This document shows positions 1-15,300 of a stretch of DNA of 64,000 bases, piece after piece. Position 1 is the first letter of the stretch. Each line of letters starts with the position of its first letter. Both the position numbers and the translations under genes were made by a program. A model generated the notes under the pieces. It was given only the letters and a program-made list of their open reading frames with translations, was not told where the DNA came from and ran no database searches. This stretch comes from Ylistrum balloti (Eukaryota): contig NW_026781887.1 in assembly GCF_031769215.1 (NCBI RefSeq), positions 186,001 through 250,000 of the forward strand. Direction: 5' to 3'.

Positions 1-699
1 AGTTTCGCTGATATACATTTATTGACAGATTTCCGTCATTTGTAGCGCTCGGTGTATACACATCGATATGGTATTTTGTAGAGAAAGGGAGACAATGCGT
101 AACTTCTAGGAAACACATCAACTGTCAAATGGAAACATTTTATGCCAATTTCAATCGTCAAGTAAATGGTATTCCAACTTTAACTTACCTAGTAGTATCA
201 ACTCTGTATTTTAGAAGTTATACCTGAATCCCAAGCAATTATTGTTGCTCCTACTGACTGTCCTCTCGGGTGTAACAAAGTGAATAGTTTTACATGTACA
301 AAATGATGTACCTACGTTCGCTCTAGCAGGCTTTGCGAAAATTCACGTATAATAGATCCTTCACCATTACAGCTTTTATGAACTTTACGTCTTTTATTCA
401 TCTTTGCTTCTTTACACCTTTTCTAGAGAAAACCAATAAATTGCTTTAATCCGTTTACATAGTTGAAGTTTTCTTAAATATTGTTATGATGCATTTTCAT
501 ACCTACTTTAATTCATATTTTGAATATAAAGATTTTTTATTTACCACTATTATAGTAATAAGCAACAAATGGTGTATTTTTGAAAGTGGAAAACCGTGGA
601 GAATTGCCTTATATATCATACCAAGACAAACACTAATACTTTGCTTCAAAGATTTGCTACCTTTAAACGTTTAATCAATATTTATTTGGCATTTTACAG

Positions 700-897
700 G
701 CAGCTGCCAGACGGTTTTCGTTGGCATGGAGCAGTGCTGTACGCCAAGCGTCAAACGCACGCAGATTCTCGGACCCAGTGGTGTCAATGTCCCATGATCA
801 ACAGGAAAAAAAGTCCCCAATACATTTATTACAACAGTTAATGAAAAACAACATTGCCGGAAGCACAGATACGATTCCGGAAGAGGAAATAGCATAG
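700..897 (+). CDS. Probable terminal coding exon of a gene starting upstream of the window (AAARRFSLAWSSAVRQASNARRFSDPVV...IPEEEIA*)
   Basis: Pyrimidine-rich acceptor 'ttggcattttacag|' ending at 699; 66 open codons to TAG 895-897; more GC-rich than its flanks; two RRFS basophilic kinase-type motifs. No family recognised. Confidence 0.45.
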   Translation, partial: AAARRFSLAWSSAVRQASNARRFSDPVVSMSHDQQEKKSPIHLLQQLMKNNIAGSTDTIPEEEIA

Positions 898-3359
898 CAA
901 AAGCTGACAGCTATCATTGTTCTCATTTTTAATACTTATTCTGTAATATCAGGAAATAATTTAATAAGAGATGTCGTTAACTGTGAATTGTTACACAGCC
1001 TGGGGTTTTATATTTTGTTGGTTCAACATACTTGCCAGTATCATATATCCACCAAATGTTGCTAACGATGATCATGAAACGTTTAATATAATTCGGAGTG
1101 GTCATAAATTGTGCATTTACATTGTCCTGAAGTATATCCATTGCATATGATTTTGTACACGAATGATTTTTTACTCTGAGATACGCTGCCATCTGCATAA
1201 CGCTGAAAACCACTCTGAGAACCATAGCATAGTCAATCACGTCAGCAGTGAAAATAGTGTCGAGGTCCTTGGTCTCGACTGCATTATACTCAAATTGGGC
1301 CATGCAGGTGGCTTTTGCACTTGTCTTCATTCCTTATTTATAATCATTTACGTTTCGCGTCTAAGAATTAATGCTGGAACAAGAAGTACCCTTTAGACAA
1401 AGAATCAGAGCTGGAAATAGAAGTAATCCCTTAGTCAAATATCAACGCCGAAATTAAATATTCTACAAGACCACGAATTCATTTTGGAGATATCACAAAA
1501 TGCTTGGTTAAAGAACAGAATGCATTATGCCACGAACAGTTTCAGATCATTCTTAATGCGTTTTCAGTCGGCAAAACAATTATTACAACTGAAATTCCTT
1601 TTACTCCTGCATTATGACAGGGACAAGTCAGTGAACAGTGAACTTGGACCTACCATCGGTAGTACTGCGTTGTAGACGATTTCAAGTTAGAGGTCTCTGT
1701 TCCTTGATTTGTATGTCCTTCTGGTTTCTAGTAGCATGTCACTCCCTCTTCTTGGATTCTTCCGCCTTTATGACGCATTTCTGAAAATAGTGCTCCAACT
1801 TTATCTGGTGCGATTATTTGGTTTGAATATAGAGAGGCCATCTACGCCCCTGCTTTCGTCACAGACATAGGTCCCTTGATCCCTTCGCCCAAGATATTTA
1901 CCATAATCATTACATTTATTGGCACATGTCTGAAATTCATTGCAAACTTTATAATTCCTATACAGTATTATACCATTTTATCTTTTTATATATACATGTG
2001 TATATACAATTATATATATATACCTAATGTTCCTTCATTCATTATTTTAAGCTAGACATTGTTGCCTTTATGGAAATGTCTATGAAGTAGTTATGTTCTG
2101 TTTCAATACCCCGGTATCTTCAGTGTCAATAGGAATTTACAAAGATATTTGTGTTCTCCACACATTCTCCTAGATTACCAACAAGCACCAGATTTAAGTT
2201 TTCTTTCGTTTTAGGGTCAAAACGATTACCCGGTTGAAAGGTAATGGAACCGTAGATACAATTAAATAACTAAAACATTTTTATCGAATATTTTCAGTGA
2301 AAAGCTCCTTAATGTTTTCCCGTTTGTAATATTGTATAGTGAAAAACGTTTTTTATCATATATAACATGCGGAAGTGTTCATTTCTACATTACCGATATA
2401 AACAAATTTAATTATTTGAATTTTTTTTTCATGCCAGTAGTTTCTTTGAATATCTCCAGAAATATTGTAACTAGGATTTTTCATTACACATATAAACGCA
2501 TCTGTATCATGTAATGAGATTAATACAGACGACTTCTTAGCAAGGACTCTTTGATGGCCAAAATTTGGCTATTACCTTCGTCAGACACTTTGACTCGTTA
2601 ATCCACATCAACAGCTTTAACACACACAGTATATTTCATTAGTTATCTCTCTGAACTTCTCATTTTAATTATTATTTTACAATACAGCGTTTCTTACAAC
2701 ATTAAGATTTAAATATAAAAAGAGAAGATAAGCAAGTCAAATGTATTGCTCTAATGAATAGCTGTTTATCACGCAACACAGTTTTAATGGATCAGATACA
2801 AACCATACGTCAGCGTTTGCTGTGGTAGGACTATAGAATCATGGCGGACAGTAAAACATTAAGATAATAAAGTAATACATTCATGACATTCTTGTGATAG
2901 CAACAACGTTAATTGCAAAGGATGGGAATGAGTGCTTGATTATCCCTTGGGGAATCAGAGCCAGACCTTCTGTCCAGTTTTTTTTTTTTTTTTTATAATT
3001 GGAGGTTTGGGCATTTAATTACCAAACACATGCGGAAAACAAATGCATTTGTTACTGTGTAGTAAACCAATAATAACAAGTAAAGAAAGGGATGTAGCGT
3101 TATACCTATACCTCTGTTCCAAAATAATAACAATTACAGAAGAACAATACCTGCTTTGTTATCAGTTTCTAGCTGTTATTTATAAACGCCTTTCATGTAA
3201 CTTAATGTCACTTAGGTAATGTTGACAGAACCGTCATAAGGGAGATAACTCTAAGCCCATTACAGATATATAATAGCGATAGATAGCGAAAATTCCACAA
3301 CAAAGACTAATCACATAGGAACTTTACTCTTCATTTTGACATAAAACCGAACAACTACA

Positions 3360-3545
3360 ATGCGCTAATCGAGTCTGATGGCTTTCACCTGGGCGTCCAC
3401 GGTTCGATTCCCAGGACGGACGCAAAAGGTATAGGGTAACCTGTCTCACCACATGCCTTTTCCTCTGGTACTCAGGTTTCTTCACACAGACCACTTGCAC
3501 GTTTCCATTCGGGGCAACAAGGGCAATCAATATAAGTTGGAAAAA
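3360..3545 (+). mobile_element. tRNA-derived SINE copy (family A)
   Basis: Pol III B-box GGTTCGATTCCC at 3401-3412, followed by 'ggacggacgcaaaaggtatagggtaacctgtctcaccacatg...ctctggtactcaggtttc'. Alignable by eye to copies near 16700 and 45540. Confidence 0.7.
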
Positions 3546-4107
3546 TAATTGTTGTGAGAAAAATATAGTTTGACTTTGAATATGATGTACTTTGGATGTT
3601 CAAGTGGTGTTGTTATTATCTCAGAGCTTTTGCTGCGATAAAATTATGATAATGGCAAACCTTCTGCCATAAAGGGTTTTAATTTATAAGAATTCTATTG
3701 TTAATTCATGTTATAAAAATTAAAATGCGTTTGTTGTTGTGGTTACAAAATAAATAATGTTGAACAAAAAATAAAGACATGTTCAAATCGTTCATTTGTC
3801 ATGTTTTATTTACCAAATAAGAAGCACCTCAAGAATAAAAACTTCAATTGATTGCAGTGGTTGTTTAACATCGAAGAACCTGACTGAAGGTAAGCTAGTA
3901 TAACGTCCATTTCAAATTCCATTGATCTACACTGCTAGTTAAAACATCGTTATGTTAACAAAAACAACAAGAAAATACCAACATGCCAATATCATAATCC
4001 AAACTCAAATTCAATACAACTAGGACAAACTATGAATTAAAGAAAGATTTAGACGGCGACCCCTGAAAAAAAGCAAAGACCAGGGGTTCTAGAAATCTAA
4101 GCGTCTT

Positions 4108-4375
4108 CTGCTTCATCGACAACACTCGCTTGGTCAATCCAAATAAGTAATGTCACATTCTAAGGTGAGAACAAGGCTTACAATGACGGAACCAGCAGGC
4201 AAACTAACAAGCATCAGAAACCTCCAGCTTAGATATTTCCGAATGATATCACGATGACGACTAGAAAATGTCCTAATCATTTTCATCAACTTGCATCTCT
4301 TGAAACCCTGCGTTACTAGTTTGGTCGTCAGTTGACGATTTCTTCCACGAAAATCTTTTACATCAAGTCGCTGAA
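4108..4375. repeat. Diverged dispersed repeat, family B, copy 1 (probably a decayed retroelement fragment)
   Basis: Shares ordered blocks 'ctgcttcatcg', 'tggtcaatc', 'ggtgagaa' and 'tcaac(t/c)tgcat..tct.gaaaccctg' with 5591-5800, and 'atgacgac..agaa', 'ttttcatcaac', 'gtcagttgacga' with 15029-15125. Confidence 0.55.
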
Positions 4376-5590
4376 ACGTTTGCCTGTATTTTTTTTATTA
4401 AATTATACAATTGAATTAATATCATTATAATTATTACAAATTAACCGGTAATGGGTGTTTATATATAACTCTATATTTCTGGGGTACTGTGACACATGAA
4501 ACAGTAGTCGGGGTGAAACACCTTGTAAAAATAAACCTATATAAAACTCTGTGGTAGGAAATGATTTACGGTACATGATTTACGTATTCATCAGTTTTAT
4601 ACGACAGTTGACCTACTGACATTAAATATTACTCATTTGCCGATAAGGGATCACCAAGCAATAAATTGGAAGTGTGGATCCAAACAGCTAGTGCTAAATT
4701 TATTAATGTTCTCGCTCAAACTAGCATGTAACTGTTATTGGTATTTACATTTCTTATCCAGTGCAATATATGAGTGGTAAAGTGTAGTGCGATTTTAGTC
4801 TAAGCTTTTACTCATTTCACAACACCTAAGGCCGTTGTTTATTTAGAATGGATGTTGGAAGCGTGAACGCGGTCACTTGGCACCTCAATCGTTATGTAAA
4901 TCAATTCGTACCGGAGGCAAGCCAGGCCAAACGAACTGTTTGATCTCAATGTCTCTGTAGTTTACTATATAATTATCCTCGAAGTTGAATAGGATTTCTA
5001 TTATGCATCGTGTATAATAATTCACCGCCGTGTAGATATAACTTCCGGCGGTATCCATTAACTTACACAGGCCACCATCGTAGAATATTTATGAAATCGG
5101 ATGGGAAATTTATGTTCCAAAACACTACGTTACTAACGGGTCCATCGATTTCAGTGATGTGGGGGATCCAGATTCTATCAACTGCACGAAGCGTACTTCC
5201 CGTTTGAGTAGTATGGTACGATAACCGTATTGTGTGTTAGGTCTCCGGATTTTATACACTTTTCTCTCATCAATGGCTGCACTTGTTTAGAATCGTCCAA
5301 TGCACCTTAATATAATTTTATATAAAGCTGTAATGATACGTAGTTGACATGTCCGAATTGAAAACAACGCATTGAAACAAATACAGCGATCAAATTGATT
5401 AACATTGGAACAATTATAGAAGTTATGACAGTTCAGCTGTGAAACTTACTGTTATATTGTCCAGATTAAAAACAGAAATCTGAAAGAAATTCCAATATGG
5501 CTACATTTTTTTTAATAAACTCAGGGGCGAGGAAACGAGATCAAAATATGAACCAAACTGATCCCTGACAATTTCAGAAGAATAAGCATC

Positions 5591-5800
5591 CTGCTTCATC
5601 GCCACGTAAATCCTGGTCAATCTAGGTAAGAAAGGTCCGAGGTGAGAAAGGAATTAACACGCAAAACTTCTTACTGTCCCGAATGAGGTCATTGCCTTGC
5701 CATGAACATAACACTTTCTGATAATGTTCGTCAACCTGCATTTCTCGAAACCCTGTTATCTGTCGGTTGTCGAAATCTTTGCACGGAAATCGTGTTATTG
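5591..5800. repeat. Diverged dispersed repeat, family B, copy 2
   Basis: Same ordered motifs as 4108-4375. Confidence 0.5.
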
Positions 5801-8800
5801 TGACCAAGATACTACTGAATATCCAATCAACTGCGATATTTAAACAACATCGATTGTCGAAGACAGAATTTTACAATCAAGAAATTGAAGAATTACAAAA
5901 AGCAATCGAAACTATCACTCTTGCTATAAGGCTTGATTTAGAAAAAGTTCTAGATATTAGGATATATGTAGAAGAGGACGCCGTATGCTTGATTTCTATC
6001 CGGGGGATATCTACAGTATGATGAACAATCAAGAAATATCTTGCTATCTTTAAAAAGGGACGTCGTATATGTATATATTTCTAAAATGAAACTGAAGGAC
6101 CTGTTCCTTTACGTTCGTTGATATATTCAGCCACGTACGAAAACAGCAATAATTTTACCGAAGGCGTTTAGGTGTAGTTCCATAGGTATGTCAAAAGTCT
6201 GTTGGAAGACCGCCATTGGTTTTAGATGTACTCTTCAAGAAATGAGATCCACGATAATCCACATCCATTTATTTGTACCAATGTTTCATTGAAAATAAAG
6301 ACATCTTGTCGGTTTATAATATGGTTTAGTGATGTACAGAGTAGTAAAATGAAATATTCTGATGGTAACATTGTTTTCAAGATTGGACAAAAGGTCTTTC
6401 TGAGTTCTTTAAAATCATTATCTCAATTATATCACTCAAGTAAAGATGATCAAATTAAAATCTGATTTCATTGTTTTAAAACGGTAGCAAGGATAATTTG
6501 AATGAAAAGAAATGCAGGTAATAACTTTATGTCAAATTGGATTTCTTGCTAAGTAACAGTATCCAATTTGACCAAGGGAGGTTCATACTTTAACCATGAA
6601 TAAGTGATCTGTAATTATAAGACAATAACGTAGCACGATTAGGTCGTATTTCGGATTTGGTAAGATACTGAAATGAGTAGGGAGTGTCCTTCTTTATACA
6701 GATCGTACACCCCGAACTCTTGTGGATTGTGGACGTAGATAATTGCTTAAGTTTTCATATCAGAATCGGATCATTAAGTGACGTCAGGATCAAGAGATAC
6801 GGCCAGGTCTTCAAGTTTATGATAATTTAAAGAATGATAGACCGAATGAATTAAATCCACTCTAAAAGTGGATCCAACACGAGATGCTCTTGATTTAGCT
6901 ACTAACAGCAAACAAAAATTAAATGACCTGCTGAAGAAAAAAACAACGAGAAACAACACAAAGATACCAAGATCAAATGTAGAAGAAAATCCAGATCCAT
7001 AGAAACTTAAGGGAAACCAGCTTAATAAGAACCGCAATCGGATGCTTTGTTGATACATTAAATATACAAAGTTGTGGATATACCAACAAGAAAACAAGAA
7101 AGATTTAGGTTTTCAGCATTAAAAACTGTCGTTTTGTAACCTGTCAAACTCTTGCCAATGCGTTCTACGATCAGTCGTTATTGCTGGTGATAAAGTTTAC
7201 CTGTTAGAAATCCGCCTATTATCAGCAATACAGATAAATGAGCTGAGAGCAGCCTCAGGTATAGAAAAAGCTAGCACATAGTTGCAAACATCAATGTACA
7301 GGAAATTCTCTGGCGATATATAATCATATAAATGTTAACCGTTTATTGAAGTATAACTCATTAGGCAAGCAGTCCTACCTACATTCTGATGATTGTGGGT
7401 TCAGTTTTTAAACAGCGTCCATATCTGTCAGTATCGAACAAGAGTTTTAGCCTGAAGAACAGCTTTTGATGGTGCTACTGATTAAGCGCTGGAATACTAT
7501 GATTGATACGTGTTTTTTGGTAAAGTATAAATACAGGAGGATATTCTATATCGACGTTTTACATTGTACCAGACTCAGGAAATATCGTTCCGCAGGTTGT
7601 CATTCGAATTAATAACACAATATTTATCCAATAATTAATCTATATTGGGTTATTGCAAACGACAAAAGGCCATTTGCAAACCGTACAAAAGAAATATAAA
7701 TATTTTTTTACCAATTTCTGGTAATATTTCAGAAACGAAAGTAACTGACGATATCGTCTAGAAATATAAAGACAGCTATATTTAACGTATGTTGTGAAAA
7801 AAATATTAGCATAAGTGTAATTGTTTAACTTTGATTACGCTATAAGGTATATACATACCTATTCTGTTGCAGAATTGACTACCACAAATATATATCTGTA
7901 AAGGTTCCAATTGTTAAATCTAAAATATTTAGAAACTGAAACCAGGATGTCACTCAGTTCTTTCCAACAGTTAAACTTTCTTCCTAAACTAGTCGATATT
8001 TTAAAGTCCTGTTCAGAAATCTATATCGTGTAGGTGTAATTAGTCACTCCTTTGTGTGGATTTTAAATTTGCAGACGCCTTTACACTTTTGAATGGCATG
8101 CACAATGGCGTGAACAGATACATAGGACAAAAGCCTTTAAAATGTGATGATACTAATAATTTTGGTGTTTTTACCTGCAGCCCGAGAATTTACGATGTTT
8201 TGTAACAACTATAACAACGATACACAATGATGTTTCTCCTACTTTTAAATATACATTATGCTCTTTTCTTCAACGTAATATTGAAAAATACGATCGATAA
8301 GCAAAACTTCTGGTCACTTGTGCATATTTTAATTCTTTCAATAAATACCTCAGGTAAACTATTAAGCAACACTTTTTATTCAGGGAAAAGGTAACAAAGT
8401 TTTTGATAAAGTGGTGTTTTAGGTATTGGTTGATAACCATATTTTATTATTGACTCTACAAATTGGTTTAACGTTCACGTGGTTTGAAATTATGTAAAAA
8501 TCATTGTGATGTAAACAATGAGAAATCCTGTTGTAATGGAATGTATAGATCGTCAGTAGCAGGGCGATATGAATCGCTGGTAATTTTGTCCTGTATACAA
8601 ATTGATTGCAACCACTGGGGAAACATTTATGGTAGTAATAATTACTATGCATTTTATGTGTACGGTGTACAGCTGACGTCGCGAACGTTACTTCATGTTG
8701 AACCTGTCACCATCGATTCACAGGACAGTTCAGACAGGCTCACTAATGGCTTTACGTTTAATGCTAATATCTTATTTACTCTGATCTACCGACAACAAAA

Positions 8801-11800
8801 GTATTATCAAGCGTTGTTGATCCACTCTGAGTTTGATTTATACATCTCTTCTGTTTCGAGAAGCGGGTACTCCGGGGATAAGTGTTGATCCACTGGTTAT
8901 AAAAGATGTAAGACATTTCTACCAGCCTAGTGTTTACTGTTCTACTTACGTCAGTGGTGAGAGAAACGGATCTAGTCAATATTGTAAACAACTGATCTAC
9001 TACTAAAGACCTAACACTAAGTGTGACTGGACATTAATACTGGAATAAGGTTAGTATTGTTTTATAAACCCACTAAAATCAATATATTCTATAAAGAAAC
9101 GTGGAAACAATTCTACTTAATATAATTTCAATCTTAAGTATTCTCATTGAATGAAAAGTATGATTGTATGATATTCAATTTATACATTTATTCGTCGGTT
9201 ATGTTACAAGTTACTACCATATGTATTTCCAAGTCTGATAATGATTGTAATGTTATTGTTTTATTACTTCTATTCGGATAATTATTTATCTGCTTTACCT
9301 ATTGTTGAACAAAAATATCATACCTATGTAGCTGTTATTTGTATTAGTCTTTCATGTGATTAAAATTTTATCATATATAAATATATAAACAAAGTGAATC
9401 ATCAGTAACTTCAAACAATCTTAATCATTCGTGATGTTTTCTAACATACATAAAACTTTCACGGAACATGTGAAACTTTCATGTTATGTATCAAATGATA
9501 TAACTTTGTACTGGGAAAATGTATAATCATTTTAATGGTTAAAACATCACATCGATTTCTTTATGTACAGATATACCATACTGTAGTAATATTCTGTACA
9601 CGTCAGTATCAGCAAACAGAAACGGAGAATAAGAAAACAAATAAACCATTTGATATAAAACACGACTATGAGTACGTATGCATCTTACAGATGGAAGTTG
9701 AGGATATCAAAATCATTTTTTACTGTTAAATGATGCAACGGTAGAATTTTTTTCATGTACATGCATCTAAATCACATATCAATTTGTCTCATACAGTTAA
9801 GTACTAAGATTTGACATACATAGTGCATTCAAACTGATGTTGAAAATTTGGTCAAACCAGGAAGCGAGGTTTTTTTTTCCAGAAGCCATTTGAAAAATGC
9901 GACGCTCTTCCATTCAATGTATTGTATCTTATTTTACGCGGCAGAACTTGCTCTTCCCATCATGAAAAAATCATATTTACACGACTTTACAAAGTTGTGT
10001 TCTCAAATGCATCTACGGTGTGCTACAGCTTATATCAGTGGTTCTATCAGTGGTTTGTTCTTTGCCATTGATGATCGATAAATCAATCACAAATCACTTG
10101 TAACATTTGATAGGGAGTAGTAAAAGTTACGATCCTATAGTCTAACTAAATTTTACCCACTTATTCGGTGAATTCTCCCATGGGATATCATTGCAATTAT
10201 TACCCTGGAACGTGTTATTTGGTTGAGCCAATCATTTATTGATTCTGTCATTTCATGTGAAATTTAGTGAAGATTTGTTACATAAAACCTCATATGAATT
10301 TAAAACTTGTTTTGGATCCAATTTAAATGTCTCTTGTCCATTGTTTCTTTTCGCTGTTGCCAGTCCGATCATGTCCGGTAAGTCCGCTTTCAGAAACGTT
10401 TGTCATGGATGGATACCATTATGAATTGTAGAATTGTTTGAACGTAAAGTTCTGGGCATAGTTAAGAAAGACACAAATAACTAGTATTATCTTTGAATAC
10501 AGTTATAGCATTAGATTCAGCAGAGTCAAAGGATGAAGTAAACTGCACAATACAGAATACATGGTTAGTTTCTTAAGATATAAGCAAGGCAAGAGTAAAG
10601 AAAGACAATAGTGGCAAGCCAAAAAGACAGCTTTTGATTTAAGACATTAGCCATTTATTCTATTTATCATGCAACATTCATCAAAATAAGCATATTATTG
10701 GCAAAGATATTGACAATATTCAAGACAAAATGACTTTAACTTTGGTTTCGGTCGACGTCGAACGTTTCAGTATAGGCGATCAGCTGTAGAACTGAAACCA
10801 AATGTAGGTCAGATGACGTACATGTTGAAGTATTCCAGGGTAATGAATTGAAGGTTTTTGTTTCCAATTATTTGCACTTTGTCAAGTTGGCGGTATGTTT
10901 TCATTCCTTAGTATTTGCATCAAATGTTGTGTTCTCTGTTTTGCTTCCTAGTTAATAGTTCCGTTTGCATTTGTTTCTGTTTTATAAACCACTTTTTCAG
11001 AACATCCGTTCGTGGATGGCATTTTCTCGAGGGCTGTATAAAACGTGCCGTCAATTCCGGAGAATCCTCTTGGACAGTTTTTTCTGCATAAAATTATTAT
11101 ATGGGTACAGACTCCCGTTGGAAAACTTTATTTAATTCTAAAAATCATTTTCCGTCAGATGCCTGCTTTAGCGTGATATCTCCCGATCATAAATCATAAT
11201 GTTCTCTGACTCCTAGGCCAAATGTGTACGGAATTGCTCACTCATACAGTGTTTGATAAATCCATTTTGGTGAGGCTTCCCCTACAATTCCCCCTCCCCA
11301 CTCCTCCTGACTGTTGTGTCATGATCTGTTGTTTTTGTTTGTTGATTACAAGTTGTGACTATAGATAGGAAGACGACGGCAAATATGTCAGAGAGCAAAT
11401 CGACGGAAATTCAGACACATGATGTTTTGGACATTACTAATGCTATTTATTTATATTAGTGAATTATTTAGTGTACATGGTATCAGCAATTAAAGCGTTC
11501 AGTTACGTGAGTGATTTACCGTTTGTTACCTTATAAATGAAGCCCAAAGACCAGCGTTCGCGCCGCTCATAATTTACATCCGTGTTAAAATACTGATTTC
11601 GTCGCTGTCGAATACGCCATAAACATGACTAATATTTATTTTACAATTAAGCTTGAATAGTTACGTGAAGTGATATGACTTTTCTGACATAAAGATATTT
11701 TTTTAGTAAAGTAATATTTTTCATATCTTGTATATATGTAGATATCTAATAATGTATAGATCCACTTCAGGCACTAAGCAGTTCCCTTGACAATATAACG

Positions 11801-12303
11801 CCGTAAACGTTTTATATAACCGTCTTCTGTTATAAACTGAAGATAATATTGCCACCCAGGACAAGATATTGTTAGAATATATGTAATAGATAGACCATGA
11901 TTGATTATTACGGTCACATCATCGCATGAGCTTCCTAATCTGCGCTCAATGTTAAATCATGATCACCATTAGAACAGTACATCAACATTCGACATCGGTA
12001 ATTCATTAATCGACTGTGTTTCACTGACAGTGTGGTCCTTGTCCGCACGATGTATGAACGATGTACACACGGTAGGTTTGGTATATTATGTAATGAAGTG
12101 TTTCTGATGTATGCTGCAGACCATATCAGTACAAAATTTCCTTTCCTATTAAAGGGAGATGAATGAAATTCTTATAAACAGTTTCATGAGCTTAATACTT
12201 TGCCACAGACATATCAGTAACCAATCTCCTTCAGGTACATTCAGCGGTTTACAAGTGATTTCTACCCTCTTCGAATAAGTAGCATGGAAATGGATTGTGA
12301 AAA

Positions 12304-15300
12304 ATGAACTCAAAGAAGGAAAAAAGTAGAGTAGAATCTCGAGCAAAGGAGGAAAAACCCACGAGCTATGGAGGAAAATATGGAAGTGATGCATGGAAAA
12401 AAGACTCGAAGTGGAAACCCGCCTTTATCACAGCTGGGGAGAGGAAGCCCACTGTGTTATCAAACAAAGAAGACGAAGACAGCAATATTGAACAGTCGGA
12501 AGAAAAAGGAAACTTGCCCCCTACAGAACCAGCTCCTGATATATTTGATGGTATGTGAAAAAAGGAAATCATATTTGGTTCATTTTGAAGGAAATCTTAA
12601 ACATTTGCTTTGAATATATATTGCCCCATATCCTCTATTATATTATATCCTTCACAAATGATGTTAATCCTGTCAACATTGCTTTTCTTTTGAACAGATT
12701 TAGACTCCAGCATCTTGTCGTCAGAGTCCGACATTAATTCCCCACCACCCTCCGTAAGCCTTTCACAGACTGTCTATACAAAAGCATGTAATAAGTTGGG
12801 TCTAGTGCCCTCAACGTATTTCTTCAAACACTTGACAGAGGTGGCTCTGGTTATGCCTCATCATGGTATCGGACCAAGAGGAGCAAAAGCTGTAGCTATA
12901 GCACTTGTTGTACGTATTTGGGTTAAGAAGGAAAGACAATGTGATTTATTGAATTCGTTATGCATTTATTTATTTTCTATATCTCCAACGTTAACAATTT
13001 TACGTCGAACGTAAAATGGCGTAATCAGTTGTTTGTGTTTAGTAAACATTACAGGGTCAGTAAAAAGACAGTTTTTATACTGATTTAGGTCAATGAGGTG
13101 ACTTATACGTTCGCAACACCACCTTGACAATAAAGTGATGTTAACCATAAAATCAAATAATTTATTTTCTAACCTTGTCAATTATGAAACATGGTATCCG
13201 TGCGTTACTGAATAAGTCAGTAGAACTACGTGCTACATGGTGAGTACAAACAACACAAATATAGACAGTCAGGCAAACACCTTGGATAACAATGGTGCTA
13301 TATTAAAATCAATAGACCATTGTTAAATAAACCTATATATAAAACAATTTCGATTATTGATAATGTTATACAATTATCCTTATTTATATTGTGTTTGCTG
13401 TCGTTCAAACAAAGCAAGTATTTTTTCCTAATGTAGTCTAAAATAATAATTGTTTTAAGGATAGGCATCCAGGAGAAGGTTAGGCAGCGCCGTGAGTGTG
13501 CTAACTGTGGTACTCCTACGTTATATAGTTTTACAACCAGATTAATCTAACCATGCTGGGTGACTACATTGAAATCCACGACACAAATGAAAAAATATGG
13601 AAACTTCATGGAATCAAATAAGTCAGGAGTAGTGATCTCGTATGAATGCATAATGAAAAACGAAAATAAATTTATAATCAACAATTTGCTGCTGAGCGAG
13701 CAAATGTTGATTTGTATAATTATCTATATGTGAAACGAAACGACAGAAAATTACAAAAGACAACAAATGTGAATGAATAAAAGGCTAAACGTTAATTTGT
13801 TTAAAATTAACATATATCAACTGTTAATTGGATATGTTTAGTCTGGAATACAGATGATGATAACGTTACATATTTGATATAATCTAGCTTTATACTGGTC
13901 ATCTTAATCTTCTGTATAAACAAACGTATATGAAATACACTGGTAATCGAAAGATTCGTTTTGAGCAAATATGTTTTTGAAATGTATATCAGGTGCAGAG
14001 ATTTCATAAATTAGACACAGGAGGTTATCGAAAAAAATACCAGTTTGATATTTTCATCTTGTTATCCAAAAGACAATAATTCAATATTTTTAATACATGT
14101 TCAAATCATTTTCTACATTTACTCACGATGTTCAACATTTCTGTTTAAGAAATATCGTTTGGTTTGATATAGATTATTTCCCCATAATAAACTATAGTTG
14201 GGACCTATCAGATGTTGAATCTCAATTTTGGTGCAAGATTTATTCAAAATTACACACCATGCACGCTCCATATATATATGTTTTAAAGATTAATTGAAAT
14301 TTTGAATCCGTCATTCTATCTTTAACAACATTGCGATAACAAATATCAGTGTCAATCATGTGATATTTACAAGTACGCCACATCGTAAATAGTCTATAGT
14401 GAAATGTGTAGCAACCTTGTGAAATTTTGTACTCTTAGCTGTTTACTTTTTATCATTTTTCGCGTTACACCATATATTGATTTTTTATACTATTTCTATT
14501 TTGAAAATAACTGAACTCAAATTAGTTTTTTGTGTAATTGAATAATGAATAACAACTTGCTTTTCTTACCTATTAAAGCCGAACCAGACCATTAAAACGC
14601 TTGACCTCTCAAGTAATGCTATTGGAAGCGAGGGACTATCACATATACTTGACATGTTGTCTGGCAACACGTCCATCAAAGAGTTGGTGAGTATTTTCAA
14701 TGTTATAAGATAATGTTATTAAACAGTCCCAACTTGTGAGCAATATTGTAATTGACAGGATGACGTTTAGGTCGTGTAGAGTTTCCACTGATATACTAGT
14801 TCCTCCCAAAGGGGCGTTTCAGAGTTATCGATATCAGCTATATGTTAGTTACCCAAGTTTTAAAAGTCTTTTGGTTGGGATAATATGATTCTCTGTTTCC
14901 CTGCTATGCTCGATATATCTATTGTGATTTATCTCAGAGATATAGGAAAATAAATGTCCTTACCCTAGGAGCACCACGTGTTGAAATGATTGAAACAGAA
15001 AAAATAGAATATTATGGATGATTCTACTATGACGACCATAGAACTTCCCCATAATTTTCATCAACCTGTATCATTAGAAACACTGTTGTGAGTTTGTCTG
15101 TCAGTTGACGACATCTTGCACCAAAATTATAATATTGGGACTAGGACCTTGAATATTGCGGCAGGTAAACACTAAAGGTTGGCGATGCAGTTGTGTTGGT
15201 ATCCAGAAGTGAAAAAGTCGCTGCAGGAAAACTGAAATCATCACCCTGATCATACAGTTTGATGAAAATAGTCCATGTTGTAGATTAAATTCGCGATACG

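Noticed and set aside
977-1330. 117-aa minus-strand ORF
   Set aside because: No recognisable motif, no supporting splice partners, and upstream frames are closed.
8484-8991. Overlapping 134-aa (+) and 71-aa (-) ORFs with splice-like signals
   Set aside because: No family motif, and no consistent exon chain could be built.
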